NCBI GenBank assembly: GCA_963708025.1
Contig: CAVPSB010000014.1
Span: 96,001 to 160,000 of the forward strand
DNA: 64,000 bases
Direction of reading: 5' to 3'
Source of the DNA: an uncultured Candidatus Rokubacteria bacterium
GTDB taxonomy: Bacteria; Methylomirabilota; Methylomirabilia; Rokubacteriales; DASRDR01
The notes under the pieces are model-generated. The model saw nothing but the letters and a program-made list of their open reading frames with translations, ran no database searches and was not told where the DNA came from. Shown here in pieces: positions 1 through 10,080 of this stretch; the first letter of the stretch is position 1, and every line of letters begins with the position of its first letter. Position numbers and translations under genes: made by a program.

Positions 1-44
1 GCACGCGACACTCCTTTCGACGACGGCCCACATTATAGGGCCGT

Positions 45-73
45 TTGACAGGCCTGGCGTCCCTGGCTAGGAT
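45..73 (+). promoter_or_regulatory. sigma70-type promoter for the first ABC operon
   Basis: TTGACA (45-50), 17 nt, TAGGAT (68-73). A divergent TATAAT lies on the minus strand at 37-32. Confidence 0.65.
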
Positions 74-125
74 GAGGGCCACCCCGAAGACGGTTCCGCG
101 GCCTCACCGTATCAAGGAGGATCCT

Positions 126-1665
126 ATGGGTCGTGCCGTCCTTTCCGCCGCCCTCGTCGCGCTGGTCCTGGGCCTCGCGCCCGCGCCCGACCTGGCCGCC
201 CAGACGAAGGAGGACACCCTCGTCTACGCGCTCCAGTCGGACATCGACAACTGGGACCCGCCCAACTCGGTCCTCCGGGAGGCGATCATCCTCGGCTACC
301 ACGTGTTCGACCACCTCGCCGTCCGCGACCTCAAGACCCGGAAGGTCGGCCCCAACCTGGCCGTCTCGTGGAAGACCCTCGACGACACGACCTGGGAGGT
401 CAAGCTCCGCCCGAACGTGAAGTTCCACGATGGCAGCCCGTTCACCGCGCGGGACGTCAAGGCGACGTTCGACCGGGTCCTGGACCCCGAGAAGAAGATG
501 ACGGCCCGGGGGAACCACGCCAAGATCAAGAGCGTGGAGGTCGTGGACGACCTCACGGTGCGCTTCAAGACGGACGGGCCGTACCCCCTCTTCGTGGAGC
601 GCATGAGCGCGCTCGTCATGCAGTCCGAGAAGCAGATCAAGGAGAAGGGGCACGAGTGGATGCAGGAGCACCCGGTCGGCACCGGCCCCTACAAGCTGGT
701 CCGCTGGAACCGGAAGCAGGAGCACCTCCTGGTCCGCAACGACGACTACTGGGGGGCCAAGCCGTACTTCAAGCACGTCCGGGTCCGGATCATCCCCGAG
801 CAGGCGACCCAGATCGCCGAGCTGATCTCGGGCGGGGTGGACGTGATCAAGGCGGTCCCGCCCGACCAGATGGACGTGATCGACAAGTCGGGGCAGGCCC
901 GGACCGCGACCTCGCCGATCCTCCGGACCGCGATGCTCCAGCTCGACCAGGCCGGCCGCGGCGGCCCCAACCCCTTCCAGGACCGGCGCGTCCGGCATGG
1001 CCGCCAACCTGGCCGTGGACATCGACGCGGTGATCAAGCACGTGCTGAACGGCCTCGGCGACCGGACGCCGACGGCCGTCAACCCCATGGCGTTCGGCTT
1101 CGACCCCGCCGTCAAGCCGTACCGGCAGGACCTGGCCCAGGCCAAGAAGCTCCTGGCCGAGGCCGGGTTCCCGAACGGCCTCGACGTCCGCTTCAACACC
1201 GGACCGCCGATCGTGGAGCCGGCCATCCAGCAGACCAACGACGCCATCGTGGCCGACCTGACCAAGGCCGGCTTCCGCGTCCAGCAGCACTACATCGGCG
1301 ACAACACCGTGCTGGTCGCCCAGATCCGGGACAGCAAGGCCGGGCCGATGTTCAACTGGTCGTGGGGCTACTACTCGGTGTTCGACGCCGACGCGATCCT
1401 CTACGACGTCTTCAAGTGCGGCGAGACGTACAGCTACTACTGCAACAAGCAGCTCGACGACCTGATCCACGCCGGGCGCTCGACGCTCGACGCGAAGCGG
1501 CGGACCGAGATCTACTCCCAGGCCCAGAAGCTCCTCTCCGAGGACGCCGCCTACCTCTACAAGTGGGGGCTGCGGGGCGTGTGGGGGATCAGTAACCGCG
1601 TGGAGTACCAGGCCCCGGCCGACGAGGTCGACCGGATGTTCACCGCCACGCTCCGCAAGAAGTAG
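126..1665 (+). CDS. ABC peptide/nickel-type (family 5) solute-binding protein, one frameshift near 998
   Basis: AAGGAGG RBS, signal peptide, VKFHDGSPFTARDV and PVGTGPYK motifs. CGGCATGGCCGCC versus paralog CGGCAGGCGGCC shows an extra base; the reading frame continues in ORF 997-1665. Confidence 0.85.
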
Positions 1666-1676
1666 AGGAGGCGGTC

Positions 1677-3215
1677 ATGGCTCGTGTCCTCGCCCTCGCC
1701 GTCACGCTCGCCCTGGTGCTCGGGCTCCTCGCGGCCGGTGAGGCCCGGGCCCAGACCAAGGACGACACCGTCGTCTACGCGCTCCTCTCCGACGTCGGGA
1801 CGTGGGACCCGCCGAACTCGGTCCTCCGGGAGGCCATCATCCTCGGCTACCACGTCTTCGACCACCTGGCCGCCCGCGATCAGAAGACCGGGAAGGTCGG
1901 CCCGAGCCTGGCCCTCTCCTGGCGGGCGCTCGACGACACGACGTGGGAGGTCAAGCTTCGCCCCAACGTGAAGTTCCACGACGGCTCGCCCTTCACCGCG
2001 CGCGACGTCAAGGGTTCGTTCGAGCGGGTCCTCGATCCCGAGAAGAAGATGCCGGCTCGCGGCAACCACCTGAAGGTCAAGAGCGTGGAGGTCGTCGATG
2101 ACCTCACGGCGCGCTTCAAGACCGACGGCCCCTATCCGCTCTTCGTCGAGCGCATGACCGCGCTGGTCATGTCCTCCGAGAAGGCGATGCGGGAGAAGGG
2201 CCACGAGTGGATGCAGGAGAACGCGGTCGGCACCGGGCCCTACAAGCTCGTCCGCTGGAACAAGAAGCAGGAGCACCTCCTGGTCCGGAACGACGACTAC
2301 TGGGGGCCCAAGCCCTCCTTCAAGTACGTCCGGGTCCGGATCATCCCCGAGCAGGCCACCCAGATCGCCGAGCTCGTCTCGGGCGGGGTGGACATCATCA
2401 AGTCGGTGCCCCCCGACCAGATGGACGTGATCAGCAAGTCGGGCTCGGCCCGCGTCGGGACGTCGCCCATCCTGAGGACGGCCTTCCTCCAGCTCGACCA
2501 GGCGGCGCGCGGCGGCCCCAACCCGTTCACCGATCGCCGGGTTCGGCAGGCGGCCAACCTCGCGGTCGACGTGGACGCGGTGATCAAGCACGTCCTCAAC
2601 GGGCTCGGCGACCGCGTGGCGACCGTCGTCAACCCGATGGCCTTCGGCTTCGACCCCGGGCTCAAGCCGTACCGGCAGGATCAGGCCCAGGCCAGGAAGC
2701 TCCTGGCCGACGCCGGCTACCCGAACGGCTTCGACGTCCGCTTCCAGACGGGACTCGAGGGGACGGAGCCGGCGACGCTCCAGACCAACGAGGCGATCGT
2801 GGCCGACCTGGCCAAGGTCGGGATCCGGGCCCAGCAGCAGTACATCGGGGAGACCGTGGTCTTCTCGACCCGGACCCGGGACGGCAAGGCCGGCCCCATG
2901 TCCAACTTCAACTGGGGCTACTACTCCGTGTTCGACGCCGACGCCATCGTGTTCGACATCTTCAAGTGCGAGCAGCCGTTCAGCTACTACTGCAACAAGG
3001 AGGTGGACGAGCTGATCGTGGCCGGCCGCTCGACCCTGGACCAGAAGAAGCGCGCCGACATCTACGTCCGGGTCCAGAAGATGCTCTTCGACGACGCGGC
3101 GGCGCTCTTCAAGTGGGGACTCCGGGGCGTGTGGGGGATCAGCAACCGCGTGGAGTACGAGGCCCCCCGGGACGAGATCGACCGCATGTTCGTCGTGACG
3201 CTCCGCAAGAAGTGA
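1677..3215 (+). CDS. ABC family 5 solute-binding protein (tandem paralog)
   Basis: Intact 512 aa ORF with RBS, signal peptide and family 5 motifs. Confidence 0.92.
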   Translation: MARVLALAVTLALVLGLLAAGEARAQTKDDTVVYALLSDVGTWDPPNSVLREAIILGYHVFDHLAARDQKTGKVGPSLALSWRALDDTTWEVKLRPNVKFHDGSPFTARDVKGSFERVLDPEKKMPARGNHLKVKSVEVVDDLTARFKTDGPYPLFVERMTALVMSSEKAMREKGHEWMQENAVGTGPYKLVRWNKKQEHLLVRNDDYWGPKPSFKYVRVRIIPEQATQIAELVSGGVDIIKSVPPDQMDVISKSGSARVGTSPILRTAFLQLDQAARGGPNPFTDRRVRQAANLAVDVDAVIKHVLNGLGDRVATVVNPMAFGFDPGLKPYRQDQAQARKLLADAGYPNGFDVRFQTGLEGTEPATLQTNEAIVADLAKVGIRAQQQYIGETVVFSTRTRDGKAGPMSNFNWGYYSVFDADAIVFDIFKCEQPFSYYCNKEVDELIVAGRSTLDQKKRADIYVRVQKMLFDDAAALFKWGLRGVWGISNRVEYEAPRDEIDRMFVVTLRKK

Positions 3216-3236
3216 CCCGCCTCTTCCTCCGCCACC

Positions 3237-3277
3237 CCCTCTCCCTCCCCCGGGGAGGGAGAGGGTCGGGGTGAGGG
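3237..3277. repeat. REP-like palindromic repeat, family A
   Basis: CCCTCTCCCTCCCC-C-GGGGAGGGAGAGGG hairpin followed by TCGGGGTGAGGG. Confidence 0.8.
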
Positions 3278-3305
3278 TGGAGGAGAGCAGCCGGCCGGTC
3301 GCCCC

Positions 3306-4226
3306 GTGAGAAACTACTTCGCCCGCCAGCTCGTCCAGCTCGTCGTCGTCGTCGTCGGGATCTCGGTCCTCTCGTTCGCCATCCTCTACGTGATCGGCGA
3401 CCCGGTGCTGCTGCTCCTGCCCCAGAACGCCGGCAAGGAGGAGTTCGAGCGCTACCGGAAGCTCCTCGGCCTCGACCAGCCGCTCTGGGTCCAGTACTGG
3501 CGCTTCGCCAGCCAGGCCGTCCAGGGCGACTTCGGGAAGTCCTGGTACGCCGACACGCCGGCCTTCCGCCTGGTGCTGGAGCGGATGCCGCCGACGATCT
3601 ACCTCACGCTGGCCGGCCTGGGGGTCGGGCTCGCCATCGCCCTGCCGCTCGGCGTCCTGGCCGCGCTCAAGCGGCACTCGCTGGTGGACAACCTGTGCAC
3701 GGTGGTGGCGGTGGCCGGGCAGGCGATGCCGCTCTTCTGGCTCGGCATCATGCTGATCATCGTCTTCGCGGTCCACCTCCGGCTGCTCCCGGCCTCCGGC
3801 TACGGGACCTGGCAGCACTTCGTCATGCCGGCCCTCTGCCTCGGCGCCTTCCTGGCCCCGGTGTCGATGCGCCTGGTCCGGTCGGGCGTCATCGAGGTGA
3901 TGAGCACGGAGTACATCAAGACGGCCCGCGCCAAGGGGGTGCGGGAGTGGCGGGTGGTAGCCAAGCACGCCTTCCGCAACGCGTGCATCCCGGTCATCAC
4001 CGTGCTCGGCATCCAGTTCGGCCAGCTCCTCGGCGGCGCCATCATCACCGAGACGGTCTTCGCCTGGCCTGGCGTCGCCACGCTGACCGTCGAGTCGATC
4101 CGGAACCAGGACTTTCCGGTGGTCCAGTGCGCCGTCGTGCTCCTGGCCCTGGTCATCGTCGTGGTGAACGTGCTGGTGGACCTGGCCGTCGGCCTGATCG
4201 ACCCCCGGATCCGGGTCGGCGCGTGA
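3306..4226 (+). CDS. ABC permease, DppB/OppB type
   Basis: GLDQPLWVQY, EYIKTARAKG (EAA loop), ETVFAWPG, DPRIR. Confidence 0.92.
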   Translation: MRNYFARQLVQLVVVVVGISVLSFAILYVIGDPVLLLLPQNAGKEEFERYRKLLGLDQPLWVQYWRFASQAVQGDFGKSWYADTPAFRLVLERMPPTIYLTLAGLGVGLAIALPLGVLAALKRHSLVDNLCTVVAVAGQAMPLFWLGIMLIIVFAVHLRLLPASGYGTWQHFVMPALCLGAFLAPVSMRLVRSGVIEVMSTEYIKTARAKGVREWRVVAKHAFRNACIPVITVLGIQFGQLLGGAIITETVFAWPGVATLTVESIRNQDFPVVQCAVVLLALVIVVVNVLVDLAVGLIDPRIRVGA

Positions 4227-5146
4227 GCGCGGTCACCGCCCGCACCGAGGCCGCCGTCGACGGCCGCGTCGTTCCAGGGTCGAGCGCGGCGGCCGAGCGC
4301 CGGGTGGCGTGGCGGCGGCTGTGGCGGCTCAAGTGGGGCGTGGCGGCGAGCGTCGTCCTCCTCGGCATCGTGGCCAGCGCCGTGTTCGCGCCGCGGGTGG
4401 CCCCCCACGATCCGCTGGCCGTGAACATCCGGCACCGCCTGGCCCCGCCGGCCTGGATGGCGGGCGGCGCCGCGCAGCACTGGCTGGGGACCGACCAGGT
4501 GGGGCGCGACCTGCTCTCGCGGGTCGTCTACGGGGGACGCGTCTCCCTGGTGGTGGGCGTCGCCGCGGTGGCGATCTCGGCCCTCCTCGGCGTCCTGCTG
4601 GGGCTGGGCGCCGGCTACTTCGCCGGTCGCGCCGACGGGCTCATCATGACGCTCGTCAACGTCATGCTCACGTTCCCGTTCGTCCTGCTGGCGCTGGCGG
4701 TGATCGCCGTGCTCGGCCCCAGCCTGGTGAACATGATCGCCGTGCTCGGCGCCGCCGGCTGGCCGATCTACACGCGGGTGGTGCGGGCGGAGACGCTGGC
4801 GATCCGGGAGCGCGAGTTCGTCCTGGCGGCGCGGGCGCTGGGGAGCGGCCACGCCCGGATCGTCTTCCGCCAGATCCTCCCCAACGTGGCCTCGGCGATC
4901 GTGGTGATCGCCACGCTCCAGGTGGCCCAGGTCATCATCCTGGAGTCGTTCCTGTCGTTCCTGGGCCTCGGCGTCCAGCCGCCCACGCCGGCCTGGGGCA
5001 ACATGCTGGGCGAGGGGCGGGTCTACATGCTCAACTCGTGGTGGATCGCCGCCTTCCCCGGCCTCGCCATCTTCGTCACCACCCTGGCCATCAACCTGGT
5101 GGGGAACGCCCTGCGCGACTGGCTCGACCCCCACCTGAAGCTGTAG
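4223..5146 (+). CDS. ABC permease, DppC/OppC type
   Basis: GTGA overlap with the upstream gene; LGTDQVGRDLLSR, LSFLGLGVQPPTPAWG. Confidence 0.9.
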   Translation: MSAVTARTEAAVDGRVVPGSSAAAERRVAWRRLWRLKWGVAASVVLLGIVASAVFAPRVAPHDPLAVNIRHRLAPPAWMAGGAAQHWLGTDQVGRDLLSRVVYGGRVSLVVGVAAVAISALLGVLLGLGAGYFAGRADGLIMTLVNVMLTFPFVLLALAVIAVLGPSLVNMIAVLGAAGWPIYTRVVRAETLAIREREFVLAARALGSGHARIVFRQILPNVASAIVVIATLQVAQVIILESFLSFLGLGVQPPTPAWGNMLGEGRVYMLNSWWIAAFPGLAIFVTTLAINLVGNALRDWLDPHLKL

Positions 5147-5184
5147 CGGGCGGGGCCGATGAGCGTCGCATCGTTCATCTCGGT

Positions 5185-5329
5185 CGGGACGCGCTCGGCC
5201 TGCGGCCTCTCGGCCGTCCCGACCTATGGTCGTGCTTGGTGTACAGCCGCTCCCCGACCGCGAGCGGCACCCGCGTCCGGCCGGCGACGCGGGACGCGCT
5301 CGGCCTGCGGCCTCTCGGCCGTCCCGACC
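5185..5329. repeat. Two identical 40-bp hairpin repeats (5185-5224 and 5290-5329)
   Basis: CGGGACGCGCTCGGCCTGCGGCCTCTCGGCCGTCCCGACC occurs twice; the ends are self-complementary (GGGACG...CGTCCC). Confidence 0.85.
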
Positions 5330-5489
5330 GTGGCGTCCTCGGTCGTCGCCGATCCTCGGCGCATGCAGCATACGCCTGCGGTCGGCGACTCCCTGCGTCT
5401 TTCGGAAGACCCCCGAAGCCCCGAGCCGGGCGGCGGCGAGGCCGGCGCTCGGAGTTCTTCGTGGCCGGGGCGCCAGGGCGCGAGACCAC

Positions 5490-5658
5490 GTACGAGTTCA
5501 GGTAGAGGAACACGACGGGCAGCACCGTCACGGCCCGAGGCGACCAGCAGCACCACCTGGCGGCCGGCGGCCACCGCCCGAGATCGCGCGGCCTTCGGCC
5601 TGTGGCGGGGCGAGGGGGGGGCCGGAGCCACCGATTGCTTCACGCATGCACTCACCAC
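5490..5658 (-). pseudogene. Truncated N-terminus of a second sugar ABC permease (MalG-like)
   Basis: Directly follows the first permease. Reads RAVAAGRQVVLLVAS/AVTVLPVVFLYLNS across a frameshift, typical of a first TM helix, then similarity ends. Confidence 0.6.
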
Positions 5659-5665
5659 CGGGGCC

Positions 5666-6622
5666 TCACGTCAGGTCGCGCTCCCGCCGGCGGAGCGCCC
5701 ACAGGAGCGCTGCCGACAGGACGAGCAGGAGGAGCGACGACGCCACGGCGACGGCCATCGCGTAGCTCATCCGGAAGGACGTGCTGTAGGCCCCGCCCGT
5801 CCCGAAGGCCGACGAGTAGATGACGGTCCCCAGCGTGCTGGTGCGACCGACCGGCGAGCCCGTCGGCCCCGCGAGGACGTAGACGATGTCGAATACCTTG
5901 AACATCCGGATGAACGACAGCATGGTCATCGCGGTGAAGGCTGGGGCGAGCTGGGGGAACACGACGTGCCGGAAGCGGGTCCACCGGCCGGTCCCGTCGA
6001 TCTGGGATGCTTCGAGCAGCTCCCGCGGCACGCCCTGGAGCCCGGCCAGGAAGACCACGATCGGCAGGCCCATCCACTGCCAGGCCTGGACCAGGATCAC
6101 CGTCGGCAGCGCCGTCAGGGGGTCGGCCAGCCAGGGGCGGGCCAGGGCGCCGAGGCCGACGGCGCGGAGGAGCGGGTTCACCAGGCCGAACTGGGCGCTG
6201 AGCATGAGCTGCCAGATGAAGCCGGTGTTGACCAGGGAGAGCGTCACCGGAAGGAAGAGGAGCACCCGGTAGACGGCGTGGAAGCGGGGCCGGGCGTTGA
6301 GCTGGACCGCGAGGAAGAGCCCGACCGTGGACTGGAAGGCCACGATCGCCGCGAAGAACCAGATGGTGTGGGCCAGCGCGCTCCAGAACTCCTCGCCGGC
6401 CAGCATCTCGCGGAAATTCGCCAGCCCGACGAAGTTCCGCTCGTGTCCGATCCCGCTCCAGTCGTACAGGCTCAGCACGAACGCCGAGCCGGCCGGGTAG
6501 AGCACGAACGTCACGTAGAACGCCGCAGCCGGCAGGATGAGCCAGACCGCGGCCCACCGGGTTCGGTCGGGCCAGGCCAGGCGCCAGGCTCCCGCCCCGC
6601 GGACCGCTGCGGCGGTGCCCAC
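5666..6622 (-). CDS. Carbohydrate ABC permease (MalF/UgpA-like)
   Basis: FVGLANF, AGLQGVPRELLEASQIDG EAA motif, FKVFDIVY. Confidence 0.9.
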   Translation of the reverse strand: MGTAAAVRGAGAWRLAWPDRTRWAAVWLILPAAAFYVTFVLYPAGSAFVLSLYDWSGIGHERNFVGLANFREMLAGEEFWSALAHTIWFFAAIVAFQSTVGLFLAVQLNARPRFHAVYRVLLFLPVTLSLVNTGFIWQLMLSAQFGLVNPLLRAVGLGALARPWLADPLTALPTVILVQAWQWMGLPIVVFLAGLQGVPRELLEASQIDGTGRWTRFRHVVFPQLAPAFTAMTMLSFIRMFKVFDIVYVLAGPTGSPVGRTSTLGTVIYSSAFGTGGAYSTSFRMSYAMAVAVASSLLLLVLSAALLWALRRRERDLT

Positions 6623-6627
6623 GTCGC

Positions 6628-7872
6628 CTACGGGGTGACCAGGGCCGCCTGCGCCCGCTGCCCCAGCTCGGCCGGCTTGAGCTGGTTGAGCAGCACCGCC
6701 TGCATGTTGCGGGTGAGCGCGGTCCAGACCGGGGCGGTGGCGTCCACGTCGCGCCAGGTCGGCACGTCGTGCTTCGCCTCTTGCACCTGCTTGGCCCAGA
6801 TCGGGTTGTTGCCGGGGACCACGCCCTTGACCGTGGGCAGCGTGATGGAGCTGGCGAAGAGCGCGTTCGACTCCGGCGTGGTGAGCCAGTCCACGAACTG
6901 GACGGCCGCGTCCACGTGCTTGCCCTTGGCGTTGACGGTGTAGATCAGCTCGAGCCCGCTCACCGTGGCGGGGACGCCGCTGGTCGCCCCGGGCGGCGGA
7001 AACGCGAAGAAGTCGAGCTTCACGTCCTTGTTCACGGCCACGTAGCCGGCGTAGTCGGCGGTGCCGCCGAGGATCATGGCGGTCGCTCCGCGGGCGAAGG
7101 TCGCCTTGCCCTCGGCGTAGGAGATGGCGGCGAAGCCCTCGGGGTAGTAGGGCACCAGGTCGAGCAGGAGCTGGGCCGCGGCCACCAGATCGGCGTCGGT
7201 CAGCTTGCGCTTCCCGGCCAGCAGGTCCACGAAGCCCACCGGCCCCATGACGCTGGAGGCCGTCAGCATGTAGTAGAAGGCCGGGATGACGCCGTCGCGG
7301 GCCGGCATCATGAGCGGCGTCACTCCCGCCCGCTTGAGCGTCTGGCAGATCGCCTTGAGATCCTCCCACGTCCGCGGCGGCTGGAGCCCGTGCTTGGCGA
7401 AGACGTCGGTGTGGTAGTAGACGCCGACCGTGTACTTGCCGAAGGGCGTGCCGAGCACCTTGCCGTCGCGGACCACCCGCTGCTGGACGATGTCGAGCAG
7501 GCGGTCGGCGTGGACCTTGCCGGTCAGGTCCACGATGTAGCCGCTCTTGAAGAACTGGGAGACGAGCGGGCCCGGCGGGATCCCGGGCAGATCAGGGCCC
7601 TCACCGGCTTGCATCGTCGTGGACAGGATCTGAAGGTACTCGGGCCCCGGCTTGGGCTCGAGGGCGACCTTGATCCCGCTGCTCTGCTCGAAGACGTCGA
7701 GGTTCCGGCGGAGCGCGTCCTTCCACTCCGGATGATTGGACCAGAGGCGCAGCGAGGCCCCGCTGCCCGGGCGAGCCTGGGCGGCGGCCGGCCGGGGTCG
7801 TGCGGCCAGGGCCAGGGCGCCGGCCGTGGCCAGCCGGAGGATGTGGCGGCGGTTCATCGTCGTCGTGAGCAT
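6628..7872 (-). CDS. Carbohydrate ABC solute-binding protein with Tat signal
   Basis: GAGGGAGG RBS; MNRRHILRL twin-arginine signal; YYHTDVFAKHGLQPPRTWEDL. Confidence 0.88.
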   Translation of the reverse strand: MLTTTMNRRHILRLATAGALALAARPRPAAAQARPGSGASLRLWSNHPEWKDALRRNLDVFEQSSGIKVALEPKPGPEYLQILSTTMQAGEGPDLPGIPPGPLVSQFFKSGYIVDLTGKVHADRLLDIVQQRVVRDGKVLGTPFGKYTVGVYYHTDVFAKHGLQPPRTWEDLKAICQTLKRAGVTPLMMPARDGVIPAFYYMLTASSVMGPVGFVDLLAGKRKLTDADLVAAAQLLLDLVPYYPEGFAAISYAEGKATFARGATAMILGGTADYAGYVAVNKDVKLDFFAFPPPGATSGVPATVSGLELIYTVNAKGKHVDAAVQFVDWLTTPESNALFASSITLPTVKGVVPGNNPIWAKQVQEAKHDVPTWRDVDATAPVWTALTRNMQAVLLNQLKPAELGQRAQAALVTP

Positions 7873-8138
7873 CGTTCCTCCCTCATCGTCGCGGGAACTG
7901 GGCTCAGCACGTGGACCGTGCGGAAAACCCGTTGGCCTCGCCGGCTGCGGCGGATGGCGCCGGCGCCGCCGGTGACAGGCGCGCCGTGTACCGTGGCCCC
8001 ACCGGCCAGGAACTGTCAAGAGCGTCAGCCCGGTCTCGGCTCGCCCCGGACGGGCACAAGTGCCTGGGAGGGCGTGCGTGCGCCCCGTGGGCCCCGGATG
8101 ACGCTCGCTCGTCGGCCCCGCCGGCGCGGGCCTTCGAC

Positions 8139-9359
8139 TCAGCCGCGGGCGAACTCTTCCTTGGCCGCCTTGACCTTCGCCGGGTCGGCCAGGAGGTCGT
8201 AGGTGGTCATCGCCATCGTCTTGGCGGCGGCGAGCATCGCGGTCCAGGCCATCGGCTGGACGGCGGCCGCGGCGAACTCCCGGGTGTGGATCGCCATCCC
8301 GGTGGGGGCGATGCCGATCATGGGCTGGATGGCCGGGATCACCTGGCTGACGTTGCCGATGTCGGAGGAGCCCAGGCGGTCGGGGATGGCCTGGCCCTCG
8401 GCGAGGCCGACCTGCCGCATGTTGGCGTCGAACAGGTCGAGGAGCGTCTGGTTGCGCTTGAGCGGCTCGTAGACGTTGTCGGCCTGGTCGACCTTGAGGG
8501 TCGCGCCGGTGGCGCGGGCGGCCGCCTCGGCGCAGGCGACCACGCGCCTGGAGAGGTCCCACATCGTGTCGATGCGGGGCGCCCGGACGTAGAAGCTGGC
8601 CGCCGCGTACTCCGGGATGATGTTGGGGGCGGCGCCGCCGCTGGTGATGATCCCGTGGATCCGGCAGTCGGGCCGGACCTGCTGCCGGAGCATGCTCACC
8701 GCGGTGTAGGTCTGGACGCACGCGTCGAGCGCGTTGATCCCCGCCCACGGGTCGGCCGAGGCGTGGGCGGCCTTGCCGGTGAACTCGAAGGTGATCCGGA
8801 CGATCCCGAGGAGGTCCTGGTGGAGGAGCGTCCGGTCGAAGCCGTGGATCATCATGGCGCAGTCCACGTCCCGGAAGATGCCGGCCCGGATGAGCTTCAC
8901 CTTGCCGCCGCCGCCCTCCTCGGCCGGGGTGCCGACCACGAGGATGCGGCCGCGGGGCAGGCGGGCCTTCACCGCCGCCAGCGCCGCTCCCGCGCCGGCG
9001 CCGGCGCCGGCGATGACGTTGTGGCCGCAGGCGTGGCCGATGCCGGGGAGGGCGTCGTACTCGCACAGGATGGCGATGGTCGGGCCGTCGCCCGTCTCCA
9101 GACTCGCGCGGAACGCCGTCTCCACGCCGCCGGCCCCGCGCTCGACCTTGAAGCCGTGGCGCTCGAGGAACTCGCCCAACCAGGCGCTGGCCTTCGTCTC
9201 CTGGTAGCCCAGTTCGGGGTGGTCGTGGATCGCGCGCGACAGTGTCTCCAGCTCGCCGGCCAGCCCGTCCACGGCCGCGCCGATCGCGTCTTTCGTCTGG
9301 TCGTCCCGCCTTCGGCCTTCGGCCTTCGGGACGGCACTTCCTTCTGGGTCAGCACTCAT
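8139..9359 (-). CDS. M20 family amidohydrolase (PM20D2/AbgB-like)
   Basis: HPELGYQE, EYDALPGIGHACGHN, GTPAEEGGGGK, GSSDIGNVS. Confidence 0.92.
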   Translation of the reverse strand: MSADPEGSAVPKAEGRRRDDQTKDAIGAAVDGLAGELETLSRAIHDHPELGYQETKASAWLGEFLERHGFKVERGAGGVETAFRASLETGDGPTIAILCEYDALPGIGHACGHNVIAGAGAGAGAALAAVKARLPRGRILVVGTPAEEGGGGKVKLIRAGIFRDVDCAMMIHGFDRTLLHQDLLGIVRITFEFTGKAAHASADPWAGINALDACVQTYTAVSMLRQQVRPDCRIHGIITSGGAAPNIIPEYAAASFYVRAPRIDTMWDLSRRVVACAEAAARATGATLKVDQADNVYEPLKRNQTLLDLFDANMRQVGLAEGQAIPDRLGSSDIGNVSQVIPAIQPMIGIAPTGMAIHTREFAAAAVQPMAWTAMLAAAKTMAMTTYDLLADPAKVKAAKEEFARG

Positions 9360-9587
9360 GGAGGCCTCCTCGGGGTCGCGTTGGAGTGTCGGACCAGGGC
9401 CGGGGCGAGACTATCACGACCCGGCGAGCCGCTCAACGACGCTTGACCGGAAGGGTTAGCCCTAAACGGCGAATACAGCACCTTCATCAGCGGTCCGAGA
9501 GCCGCTACGGGGATGAGCGAGCGAGCCGAGCGCGGTACGAACTCACTCCAGGGCGAGGACGGGGTGACGGCACGGCGCCTCTCCGCT

Positions 9588-9681
9588 CCCTCTCCCTTCC
9601 AGGGAGAGGGTCGGGGTGAGGGTCGATCGGGGGGCATGACTTCCCCCTCACCCTCACCCTCTCCCCCAAAGGGGGAGAGGG
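9588..9681. repeat. Inverted pair of family A REP-like repeats (9588-9622 and 9645-9681)
   Basis: CCCTCTCCCTTCCAGGGAGAGGGTCGGGGTGAGGG followed by the opposite-orientation CCCTCACCCTCACCCTCTCCCCCAAAGGGGGAGAGGG. Confidence 0.8.
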
Positions 9682-9759
9682 AAAAGAGGGTGCAACCCGA
9701 GCCGGATGGTCGCCGATTTGGGGTTTGGTGAGCAGCGATGGGCCGCCCGCGGGCCCGCC

Positions 9760-9951
9760 CTACTTGAGGAGCTGGGAGAGCGCGAAGTCCGGGGCGCGGA
9801 CCGGGCCGAGGCCGGCCGGACGCGACGCCACCGCGCTCTGCCCCAGCCACTGACCCACCTGGCTGACGGCGATCGCGATGGCCAGCGCGAGCAGCACTTT
9901 CCACACGCTCATGCCCATCTCCGGCGGAACCCGTAGCAAGTCGCGGGCCAC
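9760..9951 (-). CDS. Small hypothetical membrane protein
   Basis: 63 aa ORF with one hydrophobic stretch (WKVLLALAIAIAV); GAGG upstream. Confidence 0.4.
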   Translation of the reverse strand: MARDLLRVPPEMGMSVWKVLLALAIAIAVSQVGQWLGQSAVASRPAGLGPVRAPDFALSQLLK

Positions 9952-10080
9952 GGAGGCCTCGCCGGTTGCCGCGCCCGATGCGGCGTCGGAGTGGGAGCGA
10001 GTGCCGGCTGCCGATTCTCGAACAGTCGGCTGTCGATTTCCGTGCAGTGTGTCCGGGGATCGACAGCCGGGCGCCAGGCC

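Noticed and set aside
5185-5329. Possible CRISPR array
   Set aside because: Only two repeats with a 65-bp gap and no cas genes.
7873-8138. Riboswitch in the sugar-binding-protein leader
   Set aside because: No recognisable aptamer consensus; the TTGACA here has no properly spaced -10.
9440-9587. Possible SRP, 6S or ykkC RNA
   Set aside because: Hairpins and a GGTCCGAGAG segment are present, but the SRP domain IV motif and the ykkC 3' motif are missing, and it is short for 6S.
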